Origin: Chiloscyllium plagiosum
Lineage: Eukaryota
DNA length: 64,000 bases
NCBI RefSeq assembly: GCF_004010195.1
Contig: NC_057751.1
Span: 2,244,464-2,308,463 of the forward strand
Direction: 5' to 3'
The notes under the pieces were generated by a model. That model was not told where the DNA came from and ran no database searches. It was given only the letters and a program-made list of their open reading frames with translations. Below are positions 36,761 to 50,415 of the stretch, one piece after another. The position numbers were made by a program, and so were the translations under genes. The first letter of the stretch is position 1; each line of letters opens with the position of its first letter.

Positions 36761-37789
36761 TGATTATGTCACATTGTCCATCCAGGTAAAATTTAATCTC
36801 AGTGAAATGTTTTTAGACTTCATTAGCTTAGCAGAGAATTTCAATTTAATCAAATCCGTCAGTGGATTGGGAATAATCCTGAGTTACTACTTGCTTTTTT
36901 CTTTCTTTCATCTCAGATTTCTTCGAGTCATTTTGTCGATTTCCTTACTACTTTGGTGTCCAAGCTTTTTAAGTTCCATTTTCTTTATTCTGTCTTCTCT
37001 TTCCATTGCACTTAGCTGTTCATTCTTGTGATCTTTAGCTTTTCTGTCTCTTGCCTTTTATTTCTTTTGTTCTTCCAATTCATACATTTTCATTTCCAGC
37101 TAAATTTGAGCTACTTCTAACTGTGGCATCCCAATTGCAGGTTTCCCTCCTTCTGATTCTAAACTTTGAGTAATCAGTTCAAGTATCTCATTCTATCAAA
37201 CTCGTTTTATTCCTACCCTCAAAGGATCTGCAAACTCTCTCACTTTAGCCCGATTTGATGATTTCAAATAATACACTGATCTATCTTTTGCTTCGGAACA
37301 ACATTCAAAAGACATTTGGAAACTCCAGTCCAACATATAACATTGACCATAATGTTCCTGTCTATATTCAAAGGTTCCGCAGGACTGTTTCATTCAAAGA
37401 CGCATAGATCCTTCTAAAACTCAATAAATTCAAATTCCATTCAACAGCTTTGTTAGGAATCCATATTGTTCTACTGAATAAAATTGATCCCTGAGTGAAA
37501 TCTGGTAAATAATCTTTAATTAGTCACTGAGTTATATTTACATTCGGCTGCAGATTTCCTCTGATGACAGAACAGAAGTTTATTACACTAAGGATAAAAG
37601 AAATAAAGCTATCTAAATACGGAAGACAGCTGTACTGATCTCAAACACACAGCAAACTGAAGTTTCGGTCTTTTTGGGGAACATTTACAGATTCAAGTCC
37701 AGGCAAATTACTTCCCGATCTCACAGAATGCCGACACTGTAGATGCAGGCATTTCAACCCATCTAGTCCATTTCAATCCATTGAGTCCA

Positions 37790-40700
37790 TTTTTGCAGCA
37801 GCAGAGGGAGCGGTGAGAGCGAGGACCAGGGGCTGCCAGGAAGGTAAATGAATCCTTTAAAAACTTACCTCATGAATAGTCAGAGCGCACGGTGAGCAGG
37901 AGTGGACATAGGACTGTTGAGGAAGTGAGGTAATACATTTTGGTGGTTGCTTTATCTGAAACTCTACTTAGCGTAGTGTCTCCCACCCATCCTCCTCCTC
38001 AAACCAAAAAAAAGGGGATCTGTGTGCTGATTCGGTAAGGTTACTAATTTTTTTTTTCAGTTGTCTCTTTGGGAATTCAGAACAGTGGGAATGGATGTTA
38101 CGGCAGTTGCATGCTCCTCCTGTGGGATTTGGGAGGTAAAATTCACCAGTAGTGTCCCCAGCTAAACACGTGACCACAGGCTGGTGCAAGAGGGAAAGCT
38201 TCAGACTTGTAGATTTTTGGGGTACCTTCTGGGGAAGGTGGGACCTGTACATTAAGGATGGGTTGCTCTCAAACTGGAGGGGCACCAATGTCCTGGGCGG
38301 CAGATTTGCTAGAGCACTTTGGGAGTGTTTAAACTAGTTTGGCAGGGTGATGGGAACCAGAGCTACAGATCAGAGGACAAGGTAGTTATTGAACAGGCAG
38401 AAATAGAATGCAGAGAGTCTGTCAGGAAGGATACACCGTTGACAGAGCAATGATATGGGTTAAAGTGTGTCTGTTTCAATACAAGGAGTGTCAGGAATAA
38501 GAATGATGAACTCAGAGCATTGATCAGTACTTGGAACTACAATGTTATGGTCATAAAGGAGAGATGGATTTCACAGGGGCAAGAATGGTTGCTGGATGTT
38601 CCAGGGTTTTGATCTTTTAAAAAGAACAAGGAGGAGGTTAAAAGAGGATGGGAGTAGCATTGTTAATGAGTGAGTGCATCACAGCGTCGGAAAAGGAGGT
38701 TGCTGAGGAGGGTTTGTCTACTGAGTCAGTATGGGTGGAAGTCAGGAGCAGGAAAGGAGCAATCATTTTATTGGATGTTTTCTCTAGACCCTCTAACAGC
38801 AGCAGAGAGATGAAAGAATAGATTGGACAGCAGATCTTGGAAAGGTGCAATGTAACAGAGTCGCAGTTATGGGTGACTTAAACTTTCCTACTATTGATGG
38901 GAACCTCCTTATTGCAGATGGTCTGGACGGAGCAAATTTTGTCAGGTATGTCCAGGAAGGATTCCTGACTCAATATGCAGATAGGCCAACTGGAGAGGAG
39001 GCTGTATTGGGTTTGGTGCAAGGCAACATGCCATGCCAGGTGTCAGATCTCTCGGTAGGACAGCATTTCAGTGACAGTAACCATAACTGCCTCAACTTTA
39101 CCAGAGTCATGGAGAGGGCTAGGAACAGACAGCACAGGAAGGTATTTAATTGGGGGAGGGGAATTTATACTGCTGTTAGACAGGAGCTGTGGAGTAAAAA
39201 TTGGGAACAAGTGGTCTATAGGAACTGCACAACAAAAATATGAGGCTGTTTAAGGAGCACTTGTTGCAAGTGTTGGATAACTTGGTCCCACTGAGACAGG
39301 CAAGGAATGGTAAGGTGAAGGAGTGTTGGATGACAAGAGAAGAGGAGCTTCTCGTCAAGAGGAAGAAGGACACTTACTTAAGGTTGAGGAAGCAAGGATC
39401 TGGCACATCTTTACAGGATCACAGGGTAGCTAGGAAAGAACTCAAAAATGGACTGAGGAGAGCAAGGAGGAGGCACAAACAATCCTTGGTGGGAAGGATT
39501 AGCAAAAACACAAAGGTGTTCTACACGAGCATAAGGAATAAGAAAATGATCAGACAGAGTGGAGGGAATTGTGCCTGGAGTCTGAAAAGGTAGGGGAGGC
39601 CCTAAATGATTTTTCTGCTTCAGTATTCATGAGAGAGAGGGACCTTGTTGATAGTGAGAACATGGTGGACGATGTTAAAAGGTTTGAACAGATTGATATA
39701 AAGGAAGTGGATGTGCTGGAAATTTTGGGAAGCATCAAGACAGCTAAGTCGCCAGGATCAGACCAGATTTCTCTAAGGTTGCTACGGGAAGCGAAGACTG
39801 AGATTGTTGCGCTTCTGACGATGATCTTTGACTCCTCACTCTCCATGGGAATAGTACTGGATGATTGGAGAGAAGCGAAATTTCAAAAAAGGGACTAGGG
39901 AAATCCCTGGGAATTACAGACGAGTCAGTCTTACATCTGTGGTAAGCAGGTACTGGAAAGGATTCTGAAAGATAGGATTTATGACTTTTTGGAAAAACAG
40001 TTTGATTAAAGATAGTCAACATAGCTTTGTGAGAGGCAGGTCATGCACCACAAACCTTACTGAGTTCTTTGAGGATGTGATGAGGCAAGTTGATGAAGGT
40101 TGAGAAATGGATGTGGTGTATATGGATTTCAATAAGGCATTTGATAAGGTTCCCCACGGAAGGTCTCATTCAGAAAATTAGGAGGTATGGGATACAAGGA
40201 AATTTGGATGTCTGAATCCAGAATTGGCTGGCTGAAAGAAGACAGTGAATGGTAGTTGATGGAAAGTATTCCACCTGGAGGTCAGTGACCAGTGATGAGC
40301 CACAGGGATCTGTTCTTGGGCCTCTGCTCTTCGTACTTTTTATAACTTAGATGAAGAAGTGGAAGGGTAGGTTAGTAAGTTTGCCAATGACACAAAGATC
40401 AGTGGTGTTGTAGATAGTGTCGAGGGCTGTTGCAGGCTACAACAAGACAGAATGCAGAGCTGGGCTGAGAAGTGGCAGATGGAGTTCAACCTGGATAAAT
40501 GCAAAGTGATTCATTTTGGAAGGTTGAATTTGAATGCTGAATATAGGGATAAAGACAGGATTATTGGCAGTGTGGAACAACAGCAGGATCTTGGAGTCCA
40601 CGTACAAAGATCCATCAAAGTTGCCACCCAAGTTGATAGGATTGTCAATAAGGCACATGGTTTTCATGAACAGGGGGACTGAGTTCAAGAGCTGCAAGAT

Positions 40701-41940
40701 TTTGCTGCAGCTCTACAAAACCCTGGTTAGATCACACTTGGAATATTGTGTCCAGGTCTGGTCACCCCATCAAAGGAAGGATGTAGATGCTTTAAAGAGA
40801 GTGTAGAAGAGATTTAACAAGGTGTTGCCTAGATTGGAGGGCTTGTCTTATGAACAGAGGTTGAGTGAGCTCAGGGTTTTCACGCTGGAGAGAAGAAGGA
40901 AAGAATGTGACTTGAGAGAAGTGTACAACATGATGAGAGGCAGAAATAGAGTAAATAGCCAGAGACATTTCCCAAGGCAGAAATGGCTGTCACGAGGGGT
41001 CATAATTTTAAAGCGGCTGGAGGACGGTAAAGGGGAGAAGTCAGAGGTACATTCTTTATGCAGAGGATGGTGGTGCGTAGAATGCACTGCCAGTGCCAGT
41101 TGTCAGAGATATTAGGTACATTTAAGCTACTACTGACTATTTGGGAAAGCATATTGTGATTAAAGGCAGTCAGCATGGCTTTGTGAGGGGCAAGTCATGT
41201 CTCACAAATCTTATTGAGTTTTGAGAGGAGGTGTCAAGACAGTTCAACGAAGGTCGAGCAGTGGATGTGTTGTGTATGGTCTTTCGCAAGTTATTTGATA
41301 AGGTTCCCCATTGTAGGCTCATTCATAAAGTCAGGAAGTATGGGATACAGGGAAATTTGGCTATCTAGATTCAGAATTGGCTGGCTGACAGAGGGCAGAG
41401 AGTGGTTGTAGATGGAAAGTATTCTGCCTGTAGGTCAGTGTTGAGTGGGGTCCCGCAGGGCTCTGTTCATGGGGGTATACAAGATAATGAGTGGAATAGC
41501 TAGAGTCAACAGCCAGAGACTTTTCCCCAGGGCAGGATTGACTGGTACGAGGAGTCGTAGCTTGAAGATATTAGGAGGAAGGTATAAAGGAGACGTCAGA
41601 GGTCGGCTCTTTACGCAAAGAGTTGTGAATGCATGGAATGTGTTGCCAGTTGTGGTGATGGAAGCAAAGTTGTTGGAGACATTTAAGCGACCGCTGGACA
41701 TGTACACGGATAGCAGTGAGTTGAGGGGTGCGTAGGTTAAGCTATTATATTTTACATCAGGATTAAACCTCAGCACAACATTGTGGGACAAAGGGCCTGT
41801 TCTGTGTTGTACGTTTCTATGCTCTAAGCACACGGACGGCAGTAAATTGAGGGTGTGTCGGTTAAGTTAATCTTAAATTAAGATAAATGTTCAGCACAAC
41901 ATCTTCGGCTGTAGGGTCTGTACTGTTCTATGTTCTCTGA
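37790..41940 (+). mobile_element. near full-length degenerate CR1 LINE (5' UTR, internally deleted ORF1, ORF2)
   Basis: ORF1 Zn-finger start MDVTAVACSSCGIWEV fused to esterase-like tail FWGTFWGRWDLYIKDGL..WRGTNVLGGRF; ORF2 EN from about 38460 (VMGDLNFP) and RT to about 41110; tail resumes at 41828-41940. Confidence 0.9.
41138..41827 (+). mobile_element. younger internally deleted CR1 inserted in the 3' end of the previous CR1
   Basis: RT segment (41138-41467) repeats content of 40000-40320, then jumps at GGGCTCTGTTC|ATGGGGGTATAC to the ORF2 C-terminus and its own tail. Confidence 0.75.
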
Positions 41941-42399
41941 GTCCACATCAACTGTGATGATGCTGCTTCTTTAACAAGGTATGTTGTCCTTGGTTATTTT
42001 TCAGGAGATCATAAACACACAGGTTCCGAAAAGGACCAAAATGATTATAGCTAACAGATACGGCCTCGGGCAAAAGACTTTGAAGTTTAAAAACAAACAC
42101 TTGTAAAATGAAAGAGGAGTGGCCAGTTCTCCCAGCTCAGCTTTTCTCTGGTTTGGTCTGTAGACACATTGAAAGCAGTCAGGCAATGGTAAAAGCTACT
42201 GGACCCAAAGAAGCAGTTCCATGCTGATTCCCCTCTCTCTGTGACAACCCTCCTCTAAGACCCTGTGTTTGATTTTACCTTTTGTACCAAGGGGTGTTTG
42301 CAGAGATTGTTGCAAGTATTGGCAACAGTATCATTATGTTGGTATACAGCAATAATCTATTGTGTTTCTGGATTGGTTATTCGGCATTCTGTTCTCTTT

Positions 42400-44702
42400 C
42401 AAAATTATAGAGATGTGCAACATGGAAACATACACTTCAGTCGAACTCGTCCATGTCGACCAGATATCCCAACCCAATCTAGTCCCACCTGACAGCACCT
42501 GGCCCATATCCCTCCAAACCCTTCCTATTCATATACCCATCCAGATGCCTTTTAAATGTTCCAATAGTATGGGCCTCCACCACTTCCTCTGGCAGCCCAT
42601 TCCACACATGCACAACCCTCTGCCTGTAAAGTTGCCCCTTAGGTCTCTTTCATATCTTTCCCCTCTTACCCTAAACCTATGCCCTCAAGTTCTGGGTTCT
42701 TCCTACCCCAGGGAAAAGATTTTGTCTATTTACCCTACCTTGATTTTATAAACCTCTATAAGGTCACCCCTCAGCCTCCAAAGCTCCAGGGAAAACAGCC
42801 CACACTTGTTGAACTCTCCCTATAGCTTAAATCCTCCAACTCTGGCCACGTCCTTGTAAATCTTTTCTGAACACTTTCAAGTTTCACAACATCCTTCCAA
42901 CAGGAAGGGGACCAAAACTGCACGCAATATTCCAAAGGTGGCCTAACCTATATCCTGTACAGCCACAATATAACCTCCTAACTCCTGTACTCAATACTCT
43001 GACCAATAAAGGAAAGCACACCAAACACCTTCTTCACTATCCTATCTACCTGTGACTCTACTTTCAAGGAGCGATAAACTTATTTCAGCAACACTCCCCA
43101 TTCAGCGTATAAGTCCTGCTATGATTTGCTTTCCCAAAATGCAGCACCTCACATTTATCTAAGTTAAACTCCATCTGCCACTCTTCAGCCCATTGGCTCA
43201 TCTGATCAAGGTCCCATTATAATCCGGAGTAACCTTCTTCGCTGTCCACTACACCTCCAATTTTGATGTCATCTGCAAAGTTACTAACTATATCTCTTAA
43301 GCTTATATCCAAATCATTTATATAAGTGACGAAAAGTAGTTGTCCTAGCACCGATCCTTGTGGTATTCCACTGGTCACAGGCCTCCAGTCTGAAAAACAA
43401 CCCTCCACCACCACCCTCTGTCATCTACCTTTGAGCCAGTTCTGTATCCAAATGACTAGCTGTCCCTGTCTTCCATGAAATCTAGCCTTGCTAACCAGTC
43501 TCCCATGGGGAACCTTGTCAAATGCCTTACTGAAGTCATATAGATTATGTCTGCCGTTCTGCCCTCATCAATCCTCTTTGCTACTTCTTCAGAAAACTCA
43601 ACCAAGTTTGTGAGACATGATTTCCACTCATAAGCCATGCTGACTATCCCCAAACTGTCCTTGCCTTTCCCTCATCCTGTCCCTCAGGATTACCTCCAAC
43701 AACTTGCCCACCACCAACATCAGGGTCACTGGACTATAGTTCCCTGGCTTGTCCTTACCATCTTTCTTAAATAGTGGCACCATGTTAGCCAACCTCCAGT
43801 CTTGCGGCACCCCACCTGTGACCATTGATGATATGCATATCTCAGCAAGAAGCCCAGCAATCACTTACCTAGCTTCCCACAAAGTTCTAGGGTACACCTG
43901 ATCAGGTCCTGGGGATTTATCCACTTTTATGCAGTTCAAGGGATCCAGCACTTCCTCCTCTGTAATATGGACATTTTCAAGATTTCACCATCTATTTTTC
44001 TACATTCTATATCTTCCATATCCTTTTCCACAGCAAACACTGATGCAAAATATTCGCTTAGTATCTCCCCCATCTCCTGCGGCTCCACACAAAGGCCACC
44101 GTGCTGATCTTTGAGGGGCTCTACTCTCTGCCTAGTTACCCTTTTGTCCTAAATGTATTTGTAAAAACCCCTTTGGCTTCTCCATAACCCTATTTGCCAA
44201 AGCTATCTCATGTCCCCCTTTTGCCCTCCTGATTTCCCTCTTAAGTATACTCCACTGTCTTTATACTCCTCTTAGACTTGATTAGATTCCTTACAGTGTG
44301 GAAACAGGCCCTTCGGCTCAAAAAGTCCACACCAAGCCTCTGAAGAGTAACCCACCCAGACCCATTCCCCTCCTTCCCACTAATGCACCGATCACAATCG
44401 GCACTTTAGGACGGCCAATTCACCTGACCTGCACATCTTTGGATTGTAGGAGGAAACCGGAACACCCGGACGAAACCCACGCAGACACGGGGAGAATGTG
44501 CAAACTCCATGCAGACAGTCGTTCGAGGCTGGAATTGAACCTGGGTCCCTGGTGCTGCGAGGTAGCAGTGCTAACCACTGAGCCACAGTGCCGCCGTTAG
44601 GATTCACTCGATCTCACCTGGCTATACCTGACATATGCTTCCTTCTTTTTCTTAACCAAACCCTCAATTTCTTTAGTCATCAAGCATACCCACCAGCCTT
44701 TC
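42400..44702 (-). mobile_element. CR1 LINE RT pseudogene
   Basis: [58 protein letters not shown]. Confidence 0.9.
44272..44595 (-). mobile_element. HE1 / V-SINE inserted in CR1
   Basis: rc GGCGGCACTGTGGCTCAGTGGTTAGCACTGCT...GGTTCAATTCC; full V domain and tail. Confidence 0.92.
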
Positions 44703-44889
44703 CTTTGTTAGTGTTTAATTCAGTAATCTTGTAAATAAATTGTTTTGTTTAAAACTATGTGGTTTTCCAGTAGCATCTCTCCTAGAATATCCACTTACAC
44801 TTGCTTAAAATAACTAGCAAAGTAAGGATCTGGGCCACTTTCCTCAAATGGTTTGAGCGGTCTGGCCTGGTCCATAACATGAGCAAATG

Positions 44890-45172
44890 AAGAGCATCCC
44901 ACCCTCACCCCCCCATTCTATCCCTGTAACCCTGCATTTCCCATGGCTAATTCACCTAGCCAGCAAATCCCTGGATACCACGGGCAATTTAGCAAGGCCA
45001 ATCTACCGAACACGTATTCGGTTTGTAGGAGAAAACTGGAGCACCTGGAGGAAACCTACGCAGACATGAGGAGATTGTGCAAAGTCCACACAGTCAGTCA
45101 TCTAAAGTTGGAATCTCAACTCCCTGGCACTATGAGGCAGCAGTGCTAACCACTGAGCCACCATGCTGCCCC
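44890..45172 (-). mobile_element. HE1 / V-SINE
   Basis: rc GGGGCAGCATGGTGGCTCAGTGGTTAGCACTGCT head. Confidence 0.85.
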
Positions 45173-46234
45173 ATCTGCTGCTGAAGTGATTTGTTCCCAG
45201 AACTCCATGAACTCCTCATTAAGAAGCTAAACCCGCTTCTAAACTCAACCGTGCTATCATCTAAATTGAATTTAAAAACCTGCTCAATCCTGGACTCCCC
45301 AGAACAAAAACCAAAATGAACTACCTCAAACATTTATCCTGCCTGTCATGAACTCAACAGTTCAAAAACCTTTCCATTAATCGCAGTGATTTGCAGTTAT
45401 CTGCATCTGGCAAATTATGGATTTTATCCACTCTTCCAGAAGGACCCTTCACAAAAATAAACACCCATCTGTCTCTCTTTTGTAATTCAAATTTCAAAGC
45501 TGATAATAAATCTAGATTTTAAGGCCATTCATCAAATTTCATCAAAAGGGACCAGAAAAATTCACTGCTTTGAGACATCCTGAGGGTGGGATTTTGAAAC
45601 ACATGATTGCATTTGTTGGAAAAGAGTAAACTCTTGTACTGTGCCTTCACTATTTCAGCATGTTACCAAAGCACGTCACAGCAGAACAAGTACTTTTGAA
45701 GTGTCATCCCTGTTGTTGGTCAGAAACATTTTGGCTTTCGTTCAAATCCAAATACACTTGTGATGAAAGTGCTCCAAAACTTCATCACAACAATTAATTA
45801 GATTTTTACCTTCAACAATGGCACATTTCCTCACAGACTGCACGAAAGTGTGATTTCATATTTAGATTTAGCAGCTGGTAAACATGCCTGCTTTTAATCA
45901 TTTTAGATGAGTAATTTTAGATAATTTATAACAATGCTGTAATGGCTATTGGAAGGAATTAACACTGTGCTGAGTGTTTCTCATTTCAAAATTGCTCCTC
46001 AACTTCAGTTCTGCTGGCTTGATATTTCACAAGAAAATCTTGAAAAAGAGTCTCAACACAGCACTGAATGCCCTAGGTAACATTAGAAAATGAGACTGGA
46101 ATTTTGCTTTGGGATAACTCGAATTCTGCATCTTTCTTCCTTGTTGGAAACAACCTTTCTGCAATACAGTAAAAACCACTCAAATTTGAAGGTTTACACA
46201 TTTAATGCAAGTTATATGTATTCCAATCAGTTAC

Positions 46235-46377
46235 CTTTAGTCGGAGCCATCCACGTTGTGTACACCCATCACTCCTGCAAGTATTGCCGGCCTTCTTGAA
46301 GTCATAACATGAAATGAATGTTGCTTTCAGCTTCTTACTTCAACACTCCGACATCTTGAATTTGGGGAGTTGCTTAT
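46235..46377 (-). other. putative exon (143 bp) of a minus-strand transcript
   Basis: Non-repeat sequence; acceptor ATTATTATTTTTAG and donor AAG|GTAACT; stops in all three frames. Confidence 0.45.
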
Positions 46378-46695
46378 CTAAAAATAATAATGACTAAGTA
46401 TTTAAAATGGATAAAATTAGCACAGCTGTGAGGAAGGAATAAGATGAATAAGACTAATTAGACAACTCTTTGAAAGAGCTGACACAGGCATGATGGGCAG
46501 AAAGGCCTCCTTTTGTGTTGTATTATTCTATGAATTGCAATAATATAATCACCAGAAATGTACAACTCATGCACTTTCATAATTATACTGCCAAACTGAT
46601 TCCATGATGTGGAGGTGCCAGTGTTGGACTGGGGTGGACAAAGTTAAACATCACACAATACCATATGACAATCCAACAAGTTTATTTGGAAGTAC

Positions 46696-46724
46696 GAGCT
46701 TTCAGAGCACTGCTCTTTCATCAG
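46696..46724 (-). ncRNA. minimal hammerhead ribozyme core, second family
   Basis: rc CTGATGA-AAGAGCAGTGCTCT-GAAAGCTC (AGCT palindrome in place of ACGT). Confidence 0.7.
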
Positions 46725-47380
46725 GTAACTAGTGGGGCAGGATCATAAGACACAGAATTTGTTGCAAAAGATCACAGTGTCATGCAATTAAAATGATATA
46801 TTGAACAGACCTAGATTGCTGTTCAATCTTTCATCTTTTCGAAGGGGTTGCAAGTTTCGGTTCATTACGATGTAAATCCCAGAACTTCTTTCAAGCAACA
46901 GCCCTGAGATAACTTCAAGTTTATTCAAAAAAAGGTGACACCTCAGCTCAGACAATGCATTAAAGATGTGAGGTTGAAGTCTGTCTGTATCCCAATCTTG
47001 AGTCAGACTGGTTCTATTTCCAAAGTAGGAATTTATAAAATTTTACATGGATTGACTGCCTGCAGGTTGTGTGCTTTTTGAGCAAAAATAGAATATATCT
47101 GCAAATACAATTCTGCAAGTGCAAATTCACACCACAGACCGAGATATGTGTGTGTGCGTGTGAATGTGTACATGTGAATGTGTGCGTGTGAGTGTGCGTG
47201 ACAGTGTGTGTTTGTGTGTGTGAGTGCTTGGAGGAGTGTGGATGTGAATATCATGGAGTATTAGCCTTTGAGAGGATGTGTGTTTGGATGTGAGTGTGTG
47301 GGTACGGTGTGTGTGTCTGAGAGAGAGAGTGTGTGAATGAGAGAAAGTTTGTGTGAGTATGTCACAAACTCACACAACTT

Positions 47381-47693
47381 GGGCGGCACGGTGGCACAGT
47401 GGTTAGCACTGCTGCCTCACAGCGCCAGAGACCCGGGTTCAATTCCCGCCTCAGGTGACAGTCTGTGTGGAGTTTGCACATTCTCCCAGTGTCTGCGTGG
47501 GTTTCCTCCGGGTGCTCCGGTTTCCTCCCACAGTCCAAAGATGTGCAGGTCAGGTGAATTGGCCATGCTAAATTGTCCGTAGTGTTAGGTAAGGGGTAAA
47601 TGTAGGGGTAAGGGTGGGTTGCGCTTCGGCGGGTCGTTGTGGACTTGTTGGGCCAAAGGGCCTGTTTCCACACTGTAAAGTAATCTAATCTAA
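47381..47693 (+). mobile_element. HE1 / V-SINE, well preserved
   Basis: GGGCGGCACGGTGGCACAGTGGTTAGC...GGTTCAATTCC; CpGs retained; ATGTCA duplicated on the flanks. Confidence 0.92.
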
Positions 47694-48644
47694 TGTCAGA
47701 GTGTGTGTGTATGTGTGTGAGAGTGCATAGTGCAGTGGGATCATCTGTAGTGTGAAATGAACCCAAGGTTCGATTTGAGACCATCCTCACTGGGCACTCA
47801 ACTTGGCTATCGGCCTCTGCTTCGCAACTCTGTGTTATTGCATATCCCTAACTCCGCCTTGGAGGATGGTCACCCGAAGATCCAAGGCTGAATGTCTCTG
47901 ACTGCTGAAGTGTTCCCCAACTGGGAGAAAACATCCCTGTCTGGCAACTGATGCGTGGTGTCCATTCATCTGTTGTGGTAGCGTCTACTTGGTCTCGTCA
48001 ATGTACCGTGCTTTGGGCATTCTTGCCTGCAGTGTATGAGATAACAACATTGGCTGAGTCACATGATTACCTGCCGTATATACCACACACCATGTATGGC
48101 ATGTACTCATGTGACTCAGCCAACGTTGTCTATCTCATCCGCTGTACGTAAGGATGCCCCGAGGCATGGTACATTGGCGAAACCAAGCAAACGGTCCGAC
48201 AATGGATGAATGGACACCGCATAACAATCGCCAGACAGGGATGCTCCCTCCCACTCAGGGAATACTTCAGCAGTCAAGGACATTCGGTCTAAGATCTTCA
48301 GGTAAACATCCTTAAAGGTGGACTTCAGGATATGCAACAGAGTAGTCAAGCAAAGGCTGATAGCCAAGTTCGGTACCCATGAGGATGGACCTTGGGTTCA
48401 TGTGGCACTACAGGTGACCGCACTGCACTATGCACTCTCATACACACACACACACTCACGCAGACTTTCTCTCATAAACATGTTCTCTCTCACACATAGC
48501 CCCACACTCACACCCACGCACAAACCCTCTCACAGGCTTGTACTCAATCACACACTCTACCAAGCATGCACACACGCAAACATACTCTTTTATGTGCACT
48601 CACACACATGCTCTTCTCTCTCCCTCACATGCACACAGACATAT

Positions 48645-48897
48645 AAAAGAGACCAAAGGCGCAACCTTTTCAAGCAGAGGGTGTACGTGTATGGAATGAG
48701 CTGCCAGAGGATGTGGTGGAGGCAGGTTCAATTGCAGCATTTAAGAGGCATTTGGATGGGTATATGAATAGGAAGGGTTTGGACGGATATGGGCCGGGTG
48801 CTGGCAGGTGGGACTAGATTGGGTTGGGATATCTGGTCGGCATTGCCGGGTTGGTCCAAAGGGTCTGTTTCCATGCTGTACATCTCTATGAATCTAT
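48645..48897 (+). mobile_element. CR1 3' end
   Basis: RNLFKQRV..WN-type remnant and CTCTATGAATCTATG tail. Confidence 0.8.
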
Positions 48898-50016
48898 GCC
48901 AGCTTGGCTGGGGTGGAGGCAACCTCAAAAAGGCCAAGGCACCTCTTATCTATGGTTTTTTTGAAGGTCAGTTTACAATCTGTAAATCAACAAAAAACAT
49001 CAGGAACTTGAATCAAACAAAAAGGGGATCAGAGTCAGAGAGACTTACAACGTGGAAGGGGGATCTTCAGCTCGTCATGATTGTGCTCATTGTCAGGTTT
49101 CTCTCTACTGTAATCCCATTTTCCAGCATTTTGCCAAAACATTGTATGCTCCAGCATTTCAAACGTTCAGCTGAATAATTTTGAAGTGTTGTGATGGTTT
49201 TCTCTTCAATTAACCTTTCAGTCTCCATTCCAGCCAATGAACACGCTTTGGGTGAAAACAGTTGTTCTGACATCCCTTCTAAATCTCCTGCACCCTAACC
49301 TTAAAACTGTGCCACCTGGTTACTCACTCTCTCTTCAGAGGAAAACTTTCTTCTTTTCTATACCCCTCATAATTGTGGAGACTTCAATCAGGTCCCAGAT
49401 AGCTGAAATGCTGTGAAGAAACAATTGTGGGATAGAACAACTTTTAAAGAAATAAGTGGGACTACTCCCTATAAATATAAAAGATTGGAAATGTTACGTT
49501 CATTCCCGGTTTATCTTTGGAAGAAGAAATCTCAAAAGCCAATGAATAATACTAAGCTTGAATCAAATTATGTTTAAATATTAGGGTCACTGCGAACATC
49601 ACTGATAAACAAAAATCAGACATCAAAGCTGCAGGCAGATGTGAAAGAAAATTTACAAGAATGATACAAGAAATGCAAGGAACAATCAATCAAGTTGAAT
49701 TTGTTTCTAAATTTAAAAAAAACTGAGGGGTGACCCAACACAGATTTTTAAAATCATTAGGGGTTTATGAGAGTAGATGTCAATTCAGAATTTGAAACAA
49801 CAAAATCTGAGCCAGTCACAATTAAATCCAATTGTACATTAAAAACTGTGTCGACAGAGGAAGAGAATGCACAACTCGATTCTACAAGGAGTTAGACAAG
49901 ATGAAGAACAGAAATAGACTAAAAGGACACATACAAGAGGTGGAAAGTCAAGAAAGATGTGAAAATGAAGAAGGGTGGGAGGAGGATGGTGTGGAACTTG
50001 GACTCAAGGGATTGGG

Positions 50017-50415
50017 ACATAGAACATAGAACAGTACGGCATGGTACAGGCCCTTCGGTCCTCGATGTTGTGCCAACGTCTTATCCTTCTCTAAGAGCAA
50101 CCTAGCCTACATGTGCTTAATTTTACTATCATCCATGTACCTATCCAAGTATTGCTTAAATGTCTCCAAGGTATCTCACTCTGCTACCACCGCTAACATT
50201 TCATGCATCCACGTCTCCCTGTGTAAAGAACCTATCTCTGACATCGCCCCTAAACTTTCTTCTAGTCACCTTAAAATTATATCCCCTGGTGATAGCCATT
50301 TCTACCCTGGGAAAAAGTCTCTGACAGTCCACACTGTCTCTGTGTCTCGGCATCTAGTACAACTCCATCAAGTTCCCTCTCACCCTTCTTCATTCCAATG
50401 AGAAAAGCCTAAGCA
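50017..50415 (-). mobile_element. CR1 3' fragment
   Basis: ACATAGAACATAGAACAG tail and CAGGCCCTTCGGTCC hairpin in reverse orientation. Confidence 0.8.

Larger units (their letters stand above)
41953..44879 (+). mobile_element. solo LTR (gypsy family of 54977-61573) split by CR1
   Basis: Starts TGTGATGATGCTGCT and ends GGCCTGGTCCATAACA, the reverse complement of the 60951 LTR edge; halves 41953-42398 and 44703-44879. Confidence 0.8.
46607..48640. mobile_element. second PLE family, inverted arrangement
   Basis: Minus arm 46607-48085 and plus arm 48086-48640; GIY-YIG YSCDSANVVYLIRCT*GCPEAWYIGETKQTVRQWMNGHR; (TG/CA)-rich 3' UTR. Confidence 0.85.

Noticed and set aside
46235..46250. MAPTK start suggesting NPAS3
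   Set aside because: The next codon begins with G rather than the Pro codon expected, and no bHLH exon was found in the window
47146..47360. (TG)-rich tract as an independent satellite
   Set aside because: Part of the PLE 3' UTR, mirrored by the (CA)-rich tract at 48440-48640
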